NCBI GenBank assembly: GCA_951406725.2
Contig: OX597831.1
Span: 83,939,318-84,003,317 of the forward strand
DNA: 64,000 bases
Direction of reading: 5' to 3'
Source of the DNA: Octopus vulgaris
Taxonomy: Eukaryota
Shown here: positions 25,618-38,059 of the stretch, piece by piece
Numbering within the stretch: the stretch's first letter is position 1
Layout: each line of letters opens with the position of its first letter
The notes under the pieces: generated by a model
The model's input: only the letters and a program-made list of their open reading frames with translations
Told to the model about the DNA's origin: nothing
Database searches by the model: none
Translations under genes and position numbers: made by a program

Positions 25618-28487
25618 TTAAAGATCACAATCTCTCCGCTCCATGTTGTAGTCTACCATCCAACCGGGAGAACGCCTTGCTCGTCGAGATCTTCTCAAGC
25701 TGGGCTCCTCACTCTCCCCCTCTCCCGAATCATCGTCCGTCGAAGCAACAATCCTGCGAAGGTCCAAGACATGTCGAGGTGTGCCATCTACGGATACGTT
25801 GCTTCTGGAATTGATCGCCGTCACCGTTCCTCTGCTCCATTGAGACGTACAGCGCGCCTTTGGTGGATTGACCCAGACTTCCTCCCCTATTTTCACGCGA
25901 ACGGGTCCCTTCTCTTCCTCGTGACCCTCCGGCGCTTTGCTCGGGTGCCTCCATTCATATTTGAACACAGCTCTCTGCGGCACAGATTCCTCAGCCTGTC
26001 CGGATCGGGGAGACAAGTTGTACCAAAAAACTGCTTCAAGCGGCGAAATGTGCCCTCTTTCCGCTATGGCCTTGACTGTCCGATGGTGCCTCTCCACGAT
26101 CCCATTACCGCCCGGCCTATACGCTGCTCTGAACAAGCGTCGCACGTTCCACCGATCAAGCATAACCCTCAATGCTTCCGAACGAAACGCCGCCCCGTTG
26201 TCCATCAGTAGTTCTTCCACGGGACCTCTCTCTAAAAATATCCCGTTCAGGATCTGCACGATCTCGTCAGCAATGCCCGATCTCAACTCCCTCCAAATGG
26301 CCAGCCGGCCCGGCCCACAGTCGACCATGGAGAGGTACATTCGCTGACGGTAGTGTGTCACATCCACAGCTAGCCTTTTCCACTTCTGCTCCACGGAAAG
26401 GCTTCCCTGTTCATGCCCACACGGAGCAGGGTCGATGGACTGACACCTGTCGCAGCTCCCGACCACCTTCCGGACGCTTCTCCTGGTCACGTCAGCATCA
26501 ATCTTTTTTGCCAGATACAGGGTCCTGTCCACACCCAGGTGATGCATAGCGTGCAGTTTCTTCAGTTCAGAGTCATCCAACCGACACGCCGCAGCTATCC
26601 CTTTCCGGGCCTCCTCCGGTTCTTCCAACCACGCCCTTTTCACCCTGGTCAGTACGTCCGCCTTGTTTTTCTTCGAAGGCACGAAGACCACGTTCAGCTT
26701 CAGTCCGAATTCGGCGATCAATTCACCTAGAACTCCTAGACGGCGCTTCACTAACATCTCCGCAGCACCTTTCGTCCGCACTCTCCTGTCACCGGTGATC
26801 ACCGATCCTACCCAGCCAAGTACAGTGGCCGAATCCGTCCGTATTTCAATCGTGCGCAGCCCCCATTTCAAGGTCAAGTTCACCCCTTTCAGCAGCGCGT
26901 CTAATTCGGCGACATTGATGTGGTTGAAATCATCTGCTTTCCGAAGCCAGGCCGCGTCCTCCACCGCAGTGCCTTCGATTGCCAACACCACCCCTATCGC
27001 TATACTGCTAGCATCACACCAGACGGTCCCGCATTTCGTCTTGGGCACGTACCAGTTCCCCCTGACCGGGTCTTCCGCTCTTGTCCTCTCTAGAATCTCC
27101 TGCATCATCGCCACCGTCCCTTCTCCCACCTTGTCGCCCCACCTCTCTCCTTCTGCTCGTCTCTTGGTGTAACTACACGCCGTGCGCAGCCATCCAGCGA
27201 TCGGGTAGTGACCGACCAACTTCCCACACACCGAGAACAGCTCTCTCCTGCTGACGCTGGAACTCAGCTCTGGGATTTCATTTCCTCTCCGGAACACCAA
27301 TTCACCTGATCTATCTCTTCGCAGCTTCAGCCCCAGCGCGGCTCCCCCTTCAATCGACTCCGGTGGCTTAGCAACCAGTCCGAACTTCTCCAGATGTCTC
27401 ACTACCTCGTCGGCTGGCACTACAGTTTCGTCCACCAAAATGTCGTCAATGTAGGAGCTGGTGGCCTTCCTAATCTTGCCGTCTTTCCCTAGGACGGACC
27501 TAAGCACTGCCGCCATGATCTTCGGAGCGGAATTCAGCCCGAAACCCAGCCTGGTTAGACAGTACGTCCGGCCCTTGTACCGCACCAGCTGATATCGCCA
27601 TAGTTTGTCGCTCACATGGAGCTGCAAGTATGCCGATCTCAAGTCGACAATCGTCGCTGCCTCAGTCGACTGTCTCCACTTACGTAATGCCTCACCACAA
27701 ACGTCTGTTGCCTCACCTCCCGTGTGACACGATATGTGCTGGTTTAGCTTCCTGAAGTCCAGCACCGGTCTGACTTTTCCCTTCGTAGGCTGCACCACCG
27801 CCATCAGGGGTAGCACTCCACCCGCTACCTCCTCCTTCCAAGGGACAAGGACCCCTTCCTCGATCCACCTCTCCACCTCGTCTTCAAACCCAACCCTGGC
27901 TTGGCCTTTCAGGGTATGCTGGTAACAGCTCACCCTGTTCTCCAGTGTCGGGGGCTCGTCCTTCCATTTCCACTCTATCGTCCACCGCTGACCATCGAAC
28001 GCCGTCTGGAAGTCTTTGTCCTCGATGGTGTAAGCGGCGCAGTCCCTCGTGGGGCTCTGCTCCCTCTGGCGATCCTGACTCGCAGTGCACAACGCCCCCA
28101 CGCTTCCGAACGTGACCTCATTTCCCACAACACTGACGCCACCGAGGCAGTTGATGGCGTCCATCCCCATCACCACATCAACTCCATTTATCACGCGTTC
28201 GGCCACAATTGCCTGTAGCCATAGCGTCGCGCCGCGCACCACTATCTCTACCTTGCTGCTGCCTCTGCAACGGATTTCGCTGCCGTCGACCGCCCGGACA
28301 CTACACACCCCGTTCCATTCCTTCGTCACCCTCGAAGTCACCAGGGTGGTCGTACAGCCCGTATCCACAAGGGCCTTGAACGTCTCCCCCTCGGCCTCCA
28401 CGTCAATCAATGGCAGCGTCTCCAATAGCGCCTCTACTCGTTTGAGGGGAAAGTTCGAGAGGCAGCAACTTCCCGCGGTCGTTTCCC
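25618..28487 (-). CDS. pol: Pol (protease, RT, RNase H, integrase), entered by -1 frameshift
   Basis: ALVDTGC (PR); RPVLDF, FGLNSAP, YIDD (RT); DAS..E..D (RH); H..H..CDRC and D/DNG/VER (IN). It overlaps gag in the -1 frame at GGGAAAC (28481-28487). Confidence 0.93.
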
Positions 28488-29197
28488 TGGCCGCAATCAC
28501 GGGCAATGTGCCCTGTCTGCCTGCATCGATAGCAAACGGGCCCCGGCTGCGTACAGTCCCGCGCCATGTGCGGTCCCTGGCATCTAAAACACCGTCCTGA
28601 GAACGGCCGCTCTCGTTGCACGGCGGGCTTCTGTACCTCTTTCTCGGGACGTCGTCCGTCTTTACGCGCCTCCGTCACCGCCATCGCTATCGCCTTCCGC
28701 CCAGAGTGTCTCGTCAACGCGCGAGCATGAGTTACAAGTTCGCTCAATGGCATCTTATTGACCCCGGGCAGTTGTTGTAGGTGAATCCCTACATCGTCGG
28801 GGAACCCATTCACGAACGCCAGTCGGGCTGCTCTCTCCAGTTCTTCTCCGGCAAACCCGGCCAGAGTCGCTAGCCTTCTAGCTTCCGATGCAAAATCATC
28901 CACCTGGCCTCCCGTCCACCTGATTGCACCTAGCTTAGCGAAAGCTGTGTACTCGCATTCCGTGTATGCGTCACACAAGCGCCGCTTTATATTCTCATCG
29001 CAGAGCCGTTCTTCGACATCCATCTCTATGTAAAGCGACAACGCACTCCCTTCCAAATACAGCGCCATAAGACTCGCCACGTCGCTTATGCCCTGCAGTC
29101 TCGCCACCAGCCTGATTTTCTGAATCCAGTCCACTACATCGCCTTCGCCGTTAAAAGGTCTGACGACGTCACTGGCGATCCTAATTTTTGCAGACAT
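28403..29197 (-). CDS. gag: Gag with two zinc knuckles
   Basis: 264-aa ORF just after the 5' LTR, with CFRCQGPHMARDC and CYRCRQTGHIARDC. Confidence 0.92.
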   Translation of the reverse strand: MSAKIRIASDVVRPFNGEGDVVDWIQKIRLVARLQGISDVASLMALYLEGSALSLYIEMDVEERLCDENIKRRLCDAYTECEYTAFAKLGAIRWTGGQVDDFASEARRLATLAGFAGEELERAARLAFVNGFPDDVGIHLQQLPGVNKMPLSELVTHARALTRHSGRKAIAMAVTEARKDGRRPEKEVQKPAVQRERPFSGRCFRCQGPHMARDCTQPGPVCYRCRQTGHIARDCGQGNDRGKLLPLELSPQTSRGAIGDAAID

Positions 29198-29229
29198 CGT
29201 GTTGAAAAAAAATGTGAATGTTTACGAAC

Positions 29230-29242
29230 TGCCGAAATAGCT
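29230..29242 (-). promoter_or_regulatory. Putative primer-binding site AGCTATTTCGGCA
   Basis: It abuts the 5' LTR. An identical 13-mer abuts the family-2 5' LTRs (38329, 43443, 51598) although the LTRs are unrelated. Confidence 0.8.
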
Positions 29243-32200
29243 TGTAGTGAGTGTGTGCGATTTGAATATAGAGGCACCTACCTTCTCTTCGTGGTGACGG
29301 AGATCCTCCCGAGATGGCTGGTCCTTCCTCACAGCCCCTACCCGAACACTAACGATAGCAGCTGCAAGCCCCAAACCCTTTAGCGACTTCCTCACACGTC
29401 TTGTTACCAGCACAACCCACGTTGGAAAGGTCAACTTCCGCCCCCTGCACGCGCTTGACGGCTGACCCCTTTCGCTTGCCCCAGCTTCCGGTCAACGCAC
29501 CCCGCTGGCTGACGTCCTGCTGCTGACGTCATCCCACAGGAGAGTCGCTAGAACGGACGATTAGGTTAGCGTTCGTGACCGGCTTTCCCGACATCATGTC
29601 GGTCGAGCTACAGAAGCTCCCGAACGTGCGTTCGATGCCGATGGCCGATATCATGTCGCGGGCACGTGTACTGGTTTCGTGCAGCAAGTTGACGTCGGTA
29701 GCAGCGACTGTAACGTCGAAAACTGGCCCAGCTAGGAGCAGCGGAGAGGGGCTGAGGAAAGAACGTGTGCGACTGTTCATAGGAGAGTGTTTCCGGTGCC
29801 AAGGTCCACACATGGTCCGTAACTGCGCGTCGCCCAAGCCTGAGGTGATTTGCTACCGGTGTCGAGAGCCAGGGCATGTAGCCAGCGAGTGTCTGCGGGG
29901 AAACGGACCGCGGGAGACTACTGCGCTGGTAGTCGTCCCTTTCGATTAGTAGCGGCGCGTTTATCATCGCTACCTGTGGTCGACATTCTGGTGAAGGGGA
30001 AGATGTCGCGAGCTCTGGTGGACACGGGCTGTACAACGACCCTGATGACTACGGAAGTGGCATCCACCAGAATGTCGTCGATGTATGAATTGGTGGCCCT
30101 TTTTACTCTGTCCACCTTCCCCAGGATGGCCTTGAGAATTGTTGCCATAATCTTCGGCGCCGAATTCAGCTCGAATTCCAACCTGGTCAGACAGTACGTC
30201 CGGCCCCTATACCTGACGAGCTGGTACTTCCATAATTTCTCAGCCACATGCACCTGTAGGTATGCCGACTTCAAATCGACAATCGTGGAGGGCCCAGTCG
30301 TCTGCCTCCACTCTCGCAAGGTGTCTCCGCAGACATCCGTGGCCTCGCCGCCTGTATGACACGACACGTGGTCATTCAGCTCTCGGAAGTCGAGCACTGG
30401 CCTGACCTTACGCTTTGTGGGCTGTATCACCGCCATCAGTGGCAGGACTCCGCTCTCTTCTTTTTCCCAAGGGATCAGTATGCCCTCCTTAATCCACCGC
30501 TCCACTTCCCCCTCGAACTCACTTCTGGCATCCCCTTTTAGAGTATGCTGATAGCAGCCCATTTTATTCTTTAACATCGGGGGCTCTCCCTTCCAGTGCC
30601 ACTCCACTGTCCACCTCTTGCCATCAAAGACAGCCCGAAAATCCTGGTCTTCAATGGTGTGCGCCGCATCCTTTTCCTCACGGTTGTCGTCGGTACACGG
30701 TCTCGCCCTACACGGCTTCCCCGCTAACCCAAACGTTACGCCAGCCTCGTTGACGGTGACACCTCCCAAACGGGTGATTGCATCCATCCCCATCACCACG
30801 TCAATCTCGTCCACCAAGTGACCAACCACAATTGCACGTAACGTCAGCTGTAGTCCCTGCACCACAATCTGCGCATCCGTACCCCTTCGCAGTACACTTC
30901 TCTTCCGTCGACTGCCCTAACACTGCTTCCACCACTCCACGTGCACTTCGCAGTGCACTTCTCTTCCGTCGACTGACCTAACACTGCTTCCTCCACTCCA
31001 CGTGGAGTGGAGGAAGCAGTGTTAGGGCAGTCGACGGAAGAGAAGTGCACTGCGAAGGGGTTACGGATGCGCAGATTGTGGTGCAGGGACTACAGCTGAC
31101 GTTGCGAGCAATTGTGGTTGGTCACTTGGTGGACGAGATTGACGTGGTGATGGGGATGGATGCAATCACCCGCTTGGGAGGTGTCACCGTCAACGAGACT
31201 GGCGTAACGTTTGGGTTAGCGGGGAAGCCGTGTAGGGCGAGACCACGCACCGACGACAACCGTGAGGAAAAGGATGCGGCGCACACCATTGAAGACCAGG
31301 ATTTTCGGGCTATCTTTGATGGCGAGAGGTGGACAGTGGAGTGGTACTGGAAGGAGAGCCCCTATGTCAAAGAATAAAGTGGGCTGCTATCAGCATACTC
31401 TAAAATGGGATGCCAGAAGTGAGTTCGAGGGGGAGGTGGAGCGGTGGATTAAGGAGGGCATACTGATCCCCTGGGAAAAAGAAGAGAGCGGAGTCCTGCC
31501 ACTGATGGTGGTTATACAGCCCACAATCATAAGGTCAGGCCACTGCTTGACTTCCGAGAGCTGAATGACCACGTGTCGTGTCATACAGGCGGCGAGGCCA
31601 CGGATGTCTGCGGAGACACATTGCGAGAGTGGAGGCAGACGGCGGGGGCCTCCACGATTGTCGATTTAAAGTCGGCATACCTTCAGGTGCATGTGACTGA
31701 GATACTATATACGTACCAGCTCGTCAGGTATAGGGACCGGAGGTACTGTCTGACCAGGTTGGGATTCGGGCTGAATTCAGCGCCGAAGATTATGGCAACA
31801 ATTCTCAAGGCCATCCTGGGGAAGGTGGACAGAGTAAAAAGGGCCACCAATTCAAACATCGACGACATTCTGGTGGATGAAACCGTGATACCAGCAACGG
31901 AGGTCATACGCCACCTGAAGAGTTTTGGACTGATCGCCAAGCCGCCAGAGTCTATGGAGGGAGATGCAGCACTGGGCCTCAAGGTATGGAGATACAAGGC
32001 CGGCGCCTTGGTGTTCCGGCGAGGGAATGAGGTCCCTGAACTGGGCGCCAGCATGAGTAGACGGCAACTGTTCTCTGTGTGTGGGAAGCTGGTGGGACAC
32101 TACCCGATTGCAGGCTGGCTCCGGACAGCATGTAGCTTCATCAAGAGACGAGCCGAAGGAGTGAAGTGGAATGATGAAGTGGGGGAGAGGACAATCGAAA

Positions 32201-35200
32201 TGATGCAGGAAGTCTTGGCCAGAGTAGGAGCAGAGGACCCAGTGAGGGGCAACTGGTATGTTCCCAAATCAAAGAGCGGTATCGTATGGTGTGACGCCAG
32301 TTGCATCGCAATAGGGTTGTCTTGGAAGTGGGAGGTGTCACGGTGGAAGATGCGGCCTGGCTCAGGAAGATGGATGACTGCAATCATATCAACGTGGCGA
32401 AGTTGGTTGCCGTGCTGAAGTGGGTGAACCTAGCCTTGAAGTGGGGGTTGCACACCATAGAAATCAGGACTGATTCGGCCACTGTACTTTGTTGGGCGAC
32501 AGCAGTCATCACCGATGAGCGGAGGGTGCGGACCAAAGGGGCTGCAGAGATGCTGGTAAAGCGTCGATTAGGAATACTGCGTGAACTAACCACTGAGTTC
32601 AATCTGGAGCTGAGCGTGATCTTTGTGCCTTCCGAGAAGAACAGGGCAGACGTCCTGACCAGGGTAAAGCGAGCCTGGTTGCAGGTGCCAGAGGATACGA
32701 AGCAGGATGTAGCTGCAGTATGCCGTCTGAGCGACTCGGAGTTACGGAGACTGCACACCATGCATCACATGGGTGTGGACAGGACATTGTTCCTGGCCAG
32801 AAAATTGACTCCGACGTAACAAGACAGAGTGTGCAGAGAGTGGTTAGCAGTTGTGACAGGTGCCAGTCCATCGACCCTGCTCCGGTCGTGCATGAAGCGG
32901 GAAGTATTCCAGTGGACCAGGACTGGAGACGACTGGCGATGGACATAACACGCTACCGGCAGGGGACATACCTCTCAATGGTTGACTGCGGACCGGGGAG
33001 GTTCGCCATATGGAGGGACACGGTGGACACGGGCTGTACAACGACCGTGATGACTACGGAAGTGGCATTCACCAGAATGTCGTCGATGTATGAATTGGTG
33101 GCCCTTTTTACTCTGTCCACCTTCCCCAGGATGGCCTTGAGAATTGTTGCCATAATCTTCGGCGCTGAATTCAGCCCGAATCCCAACCTGGTCAGGCAGT
33201 ACGTCGGGCCCCTATATCTGACGAGCTGGTACTTCCATAATTTCTCAGCCACATGCACCTGTTGGTATGCCGACTTCAAATCGACAATCGTGGAGGCCCC
33301 CGTCGTCTGCCTCCACTCTCGCAAGGTGTCTCCGCAGACATCCGTGGCCTCGCAGCCTCTATGATACTAAACGTGGTCATTCAGCTCTCGGAAGTCAAGC
33401 ACTGGCCTGACCTTATGCTTTGTGGGCTGTATCACCACAATCAGTGGCAGGACTCCGCTCTCTTCTTTTTCCCAGGGGATCAGTATGCCCTCCTTAATCC
33501 ACCGCTCCACTTCCCCCTCGAACTCACTTCTAGCATCTCCTTTTAGAGTATGCTGATAGCAGCCCACTTTATTCTTTAACATCGGGGGCTCTCCCTTCCA
33601 GTACCACTCCACTGTCCACCTCTTGCCATCAAAGACGGCCCGAAAATCCTGGTCTTCAATGGTGTGCGCCGCATCCTTTTCCTCACGGTTGTCGTCGGTG
33701 CACGGTCTCGCCCTACACGGTTTCCCCGCTAACCCAAACGTTACGCCAGCCTCGTTGACGGTGACACCTCCCAAGCGGGTGATTGCATCCATCCCCAACA
33801 CCACGTCAATCTCGTCCACCAAGTGACCAACCACAATTGCTCGCAACGTCAGCTGTAGTCCCTGCACCACAATCTGCGCATCCGTAACCCCTTCGCAGTT
33901 CACTTCTCTTCCGTCGACTGCCCTAACACTGCTTCCTCCACTCCACGTGCACTTCGCAGTGCGCTTCTCTTCCGTCGACTGCCCTAACACTGCTTCCTCC
34001 ACTCCACGTGGAGTGGAGGAAGCAGTGTTAGGGCAGTCGACGGAAGAGAAGTTCACTGCGAAGGGGTTACGGATGCGCAGATTGTGGTGCAGGGACTACA
34101 GCTGACGTTGCGAGCAATTGTGGTTGGTCACTTGGTGGACGAGAATAACATGATGATGGGGATGGATGCAATCACCCGTTTGGGAGGTGTCACCGTCAAC
34201 GAGGCTGGCGTAACGTTTGTGTTAGCGGGGAAACCGTGTAGGGCGAGACCATGCACCGACGACAAACGTGAGGAAAATGAAGCGGCGCACACCATTGAAG
34301 ACCAGGATTTTCGGGCTGTCTTTGATGGCAAGAGGTGGACAGTGGAGTGGCACTGGAAGGGAGAGCCCCCGATGTTAAAGAATAAAGTGGGCTGCTATCA
34401 GCATACTCTAAAAGGAGATGCCAGAAGTGAGTTCGAGGGGAGGTGGAGCGGTGGATTAAGGAGGGCATACTGATCCCTTGGGAAAAAGAAGAGAGCGGAG
34501 TCCTGCCACTGACGGCGGTGATACAGCCCACAAAGCATAAGGTCAGGCCAGTGCTTGATTTCCGAGAGCTGAATGACCACGTGTCGTGTCATAGAGGCGG
34601 CGAGGCCACGGATGTCTGCGGAGACACCTTGCGAGAGTGGAGGCAGACGACGGGGGGCTCCACGATTGTCGATTTGAAGTCGGCATACCTACAGGTGCAT
34701 GTGGATGAGAAATTATGGAAGTACCAGCTCGTCAGGTATAGGGGACGGACGTACTGTCTGACCAGGTTGGGATTCGGGCTGAATTCAGCGCCGAAGATTA
34801 TGGCAACAATTCTCAAGGCCATCCTGGGGAAGGTGGACAGAGTAAAAAGGGCCACCAATTCATACATCGACGACATTCTGGTGGATGAAACCGTGATTCC
34901 AGCAACGGAGGTCATAGGCCACCTGAAGAGTTTTGGAATGATCGCCAAGCCGCCAGAGTCTATGGAGGGAGGTGCTGCACTGGGCCTCAAGCTATGGAGA
35001 GACAAGGCCGGCGCGTTGGTGTTCCGGCGAGGGAATGAGGTCCCTGAACTGGGCGCCAGCATGAGTAGATGGGAACTGTTCTCTGTGTGTGGGAAGCTGG
35101 TGGGACACTACCTGATTGCAGGCTGGCTCCGGACAGCATGTAGCTTCATCAAGAGACGAGCCGAAGGAGTGAAGTGGAATGATAAAGTGGGGGAGAGGAC

Positions 35201-37037
35201 AATCGACATGATGCAGGAAGTCTTGGTCAGAGTAGGAGCAGAGGACCCAGTGAGAGGCAACTGGTATGTTCCCAAATCAAAGAGCGGTATCGTATGGTGT
35301 GACGCCAGTTGCATCGCAATAGGGTTGTCTTGGAAGTGGGAGGTGTCACGGTGGAAGATGCGGCCTGGCTCAGGAAGATGGATGACTGCAATCATATCAA
35401 CGTGGCGGAGTTGGATGCCGTGCTGAAGGGGGTGATCCTCGCCTTGAATTGGGAGTTGCACACCATAGAAATCAGGACTGATTCGGCCACTGTACTTTGT
35501 TGGGCGACAGCAGTCATCACCGATGAGCGGAGGGTGCGGACCAAAGGGGCTGCAGAGATGCTGGTAAAGCGTCGATTAGGAATACTGCGTGAACTAACCA
35601 CTGAGTTCAATCTGAAGCTGAGCGTGATCTTTGTGCCTTCCGAGAAGAACAGGGCAGACGTCCTGACCAGGGTAAAGCGAGCCTGGTTGCAGGTGCCAGA
35701 GGATGCGAAGCAGGCTGTAGCTGCAGTATGCCGTCTGAGCGACTCGGAGTTACGGAGACTGCACACCATGCATCACATGGGTGTGGACAGGACATTGTTC
35801 CTGGCCAGAAAAGTTGACTCCGACGTAACAAGACAGAGTGTGCAGAGAGTGGTTAGCAGTTGTGACAGGTGCCAGTCCATCGACCCTGCTCCGGTCGTGC
35901 ATGAAGCGGGAAGTATTCCAGTGGACCAGGACTGGAGACGACTGGCGGTGGACATAACACACTACCGGCAGGGGACATACCTCTCAATGGTTGACTGCGG
36001 ACCGGGGCGGATGAAGGAGATGAAGTCGGGGACCGCAGAAGAAATTGTGAAAGTGTTGAATGAGATATTCCTGGAACGAGGCCCCGTGGATGAACTGCTT
36101 CTGGACAACGGCACTGCATTTCGCTCGGATGTGCTGAGAGAAATTCTTGATGAGTGGAAGGTCAACCGCTACTTCAGGGCGGCATACCGGCCAAGTGGAA
36201 ACGGGGTGGTGGAAAGGCATCATCGTACCATCAAGGCCATCGCAGAGAGGCGTCACATTTCACCAGTCGAGGCCGTGTTTTGGTACAATATGTCGCCCAG
36301 ATCAGGACAGGCTGAGGAGTCGGTGCCACACAGGGCAATATTCAGGTACGAGTGGAGGCATCCCTGTACTACATCAATGCGACCCGGGGCAGAGGAAGAG
36401 CACGCCTTCGTGCAGGTCGGGGAGGAAGTCTGGGTAAAACACCCCAAACGCACGGTGTAGATCGCAATGGGGAAAGGGGACAATAACCTCCGTAAATTCA
36501 AAGAATAACATCTCGGTCGATGGTATGCCACGCCACGTTTTGGACATACGGAGGATTGTCCATGCCCCAGAGGATGGGGCCAGCAGCAGTGGGCAAGACG
36601 AAAACAACAGACAGGATGACAGGGTCGGCAGCAACACGTCAGGAACAAGTCCTAGGGTCGCACTGCGACCACAGAGGGAGCGGCACCCTCCTCCCTGGTT
36701 GGCTGATTATGAAACCAGTTTCAGGTGCGGGAGTGAGTGCGGAAGCCGGTTCAGTGATCTGTAGATCAGGGGGGCGTGTGGTGTGTGGTGAAGGAGTGTG
36801 ACGGATGGGGGAGAGCGGAAGTGGGGCTTGCAGGGCTTGCAGGGCGCATGCGCCGGAGGAAGCGGAAGTGACAGGCAGAACGCACGTGCGGCATTGAGGA
36901 GTTGCGGCAGACAGGATGAAGGGACCAGACGAGCGAGTTGGCTAAAAGCGATCCAAGTTCATCTCCGACGAGGTAAGACCCAATTACATTTCCATTCTCC
37001 CTTTTTCTGTTGTACTCATTTCACCGTTCACACTACA

Positions 37038-38059
37038 CACACACATCCCCCGGTCTGAGATTCGAACCCGCGAATTCTCGACCGCGAGTCCGCTGTTCTA
37101 ACCACTAGGTTATGTGCCTCCACTATTCCGCTTATACTTACCACTATTGTTGCAATCATAAGAACACATAAAACATTGGTTGCAAATGTGTGCGTGCGTG
37201 TGTGTGAGTGAGTGTGTATGTGTGTGTGTTACTTGTGAGTGTGTATGTGTGTGTGTGTCTTTCTTGTGAGTGTGTATGCGTGCGTGTGTGTTTGTGTTTG
37301 ATGTGTGTGCGTGAGTGTGTATGTTTGTTGTGAGTGTGTGTATGTGTGCGTGAGTGTGTATGTTTGTTGTGAGTGTGTATGTGTGCGTGTGTGTTTGTTT
37401 GATGTGTGTGCGTGAGTGTGTATGTTTGTTGTTAGTGTGTGTATGTTTGTTGTGAGTGTATATGTGTGCGTGTGTGTTTGTGTTTGTGCTTGATGTTTGT
37501 GTGTGTATGTGTGCGTGAGTGTGTGTGTGTTTGTTGTGAGTGTGAATGTGTGCGTGTGTATGTGTGCTTGTGTGTGTGTAGATGTGTGTATCTATTGGTC
37601 TCCTTCAGTCATTCTCTATCTCTCTGTCTTCATCATCCCGCCAGACACGCATTTTGAGTCAATCTACGAACGTGTGTTTGATTGCTGTGTGTGTCAATGT
37701 GTGTTTGATTGCTGTGTGTGTCAGTGCATGCGCGCTCGCAGGCGCGTTTTTTTGCGTCTGCTTCTGTGCATGTGCGTAGACTACCAAGATGATGTGCGGG
37801 GCAGAAACGTTAGCACGCCGGGCGAAATGCATATCCGTATTTCGTCTGCCGTTACGTTCTGAGTTTAAATTCCACCGAGGTCGACTTTGCCTTTCATCCT
37901 TTCGGGGTCGATAAATTAAGTACCAGTTACGCACTGGGGTCGATATAATCGACTTAATCCGTTTGTCTGTCCTTGTTTGTCCCCCCTGTGTTTAGCCCCT
38001 TATGGGTAGTAAAAAATGCATATATGTATTAAGTAAGCACGTATGTATATGCTTGTATA
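37038..38059. repeat. Host spacer, copy 1 (SINE head, TG-rich tract, SINE family 2)
   Basis: Near-identical copies at 42291-43173 and 50405-51326 differ mainly in microsatellite length. Confidence 0.92.

Larger units (their letters stand above)
25309..29538 (-). mobile_element. Intact compact (4230 bp) Gypsy-order LTR retrotransposon, family 1
   Basis: 296-bp LTRs at 25309-25604 and 29243-29538 (TG...CA; about 8 substitutions by eye). 4-bp TSD GGAG at 25305-25308 and 29539-29542. PPT at 25605-25618. Both gag and pol are open. Confidence 0.96.
25170..37037 (+). mobile_element. Gypsy-order LTR retrotransposon family 2, copy 1 (LTR-b...LTR-b), deleted, nested and rearranged
   Basis: A 5' LTR remnant (25170-25223) is fused to mid-gag. 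Gag resumes at 29543, followed by two fold-back segments and pol to ~36745, PPT AGGGGGGCG and the 3' LTR at 36777-37037 (TG...CA). It is flanked by CACAC at 25165-25169 and 37038-37042. Confidence 0.88.

Noticed and set aside
29243-29538. Tf1-type self-priming from the LTR
   Set aside because: No GCCGAAATAGCT-like sequence was found in either family's LTR, and the PBS is conserved while the LTRs are not.
37043-37122. tRNA gene
   Set aside because: It has A/B-box-like motifs but no convincing cloverleaf. It is the head of a SINE split by the LTR insertion.
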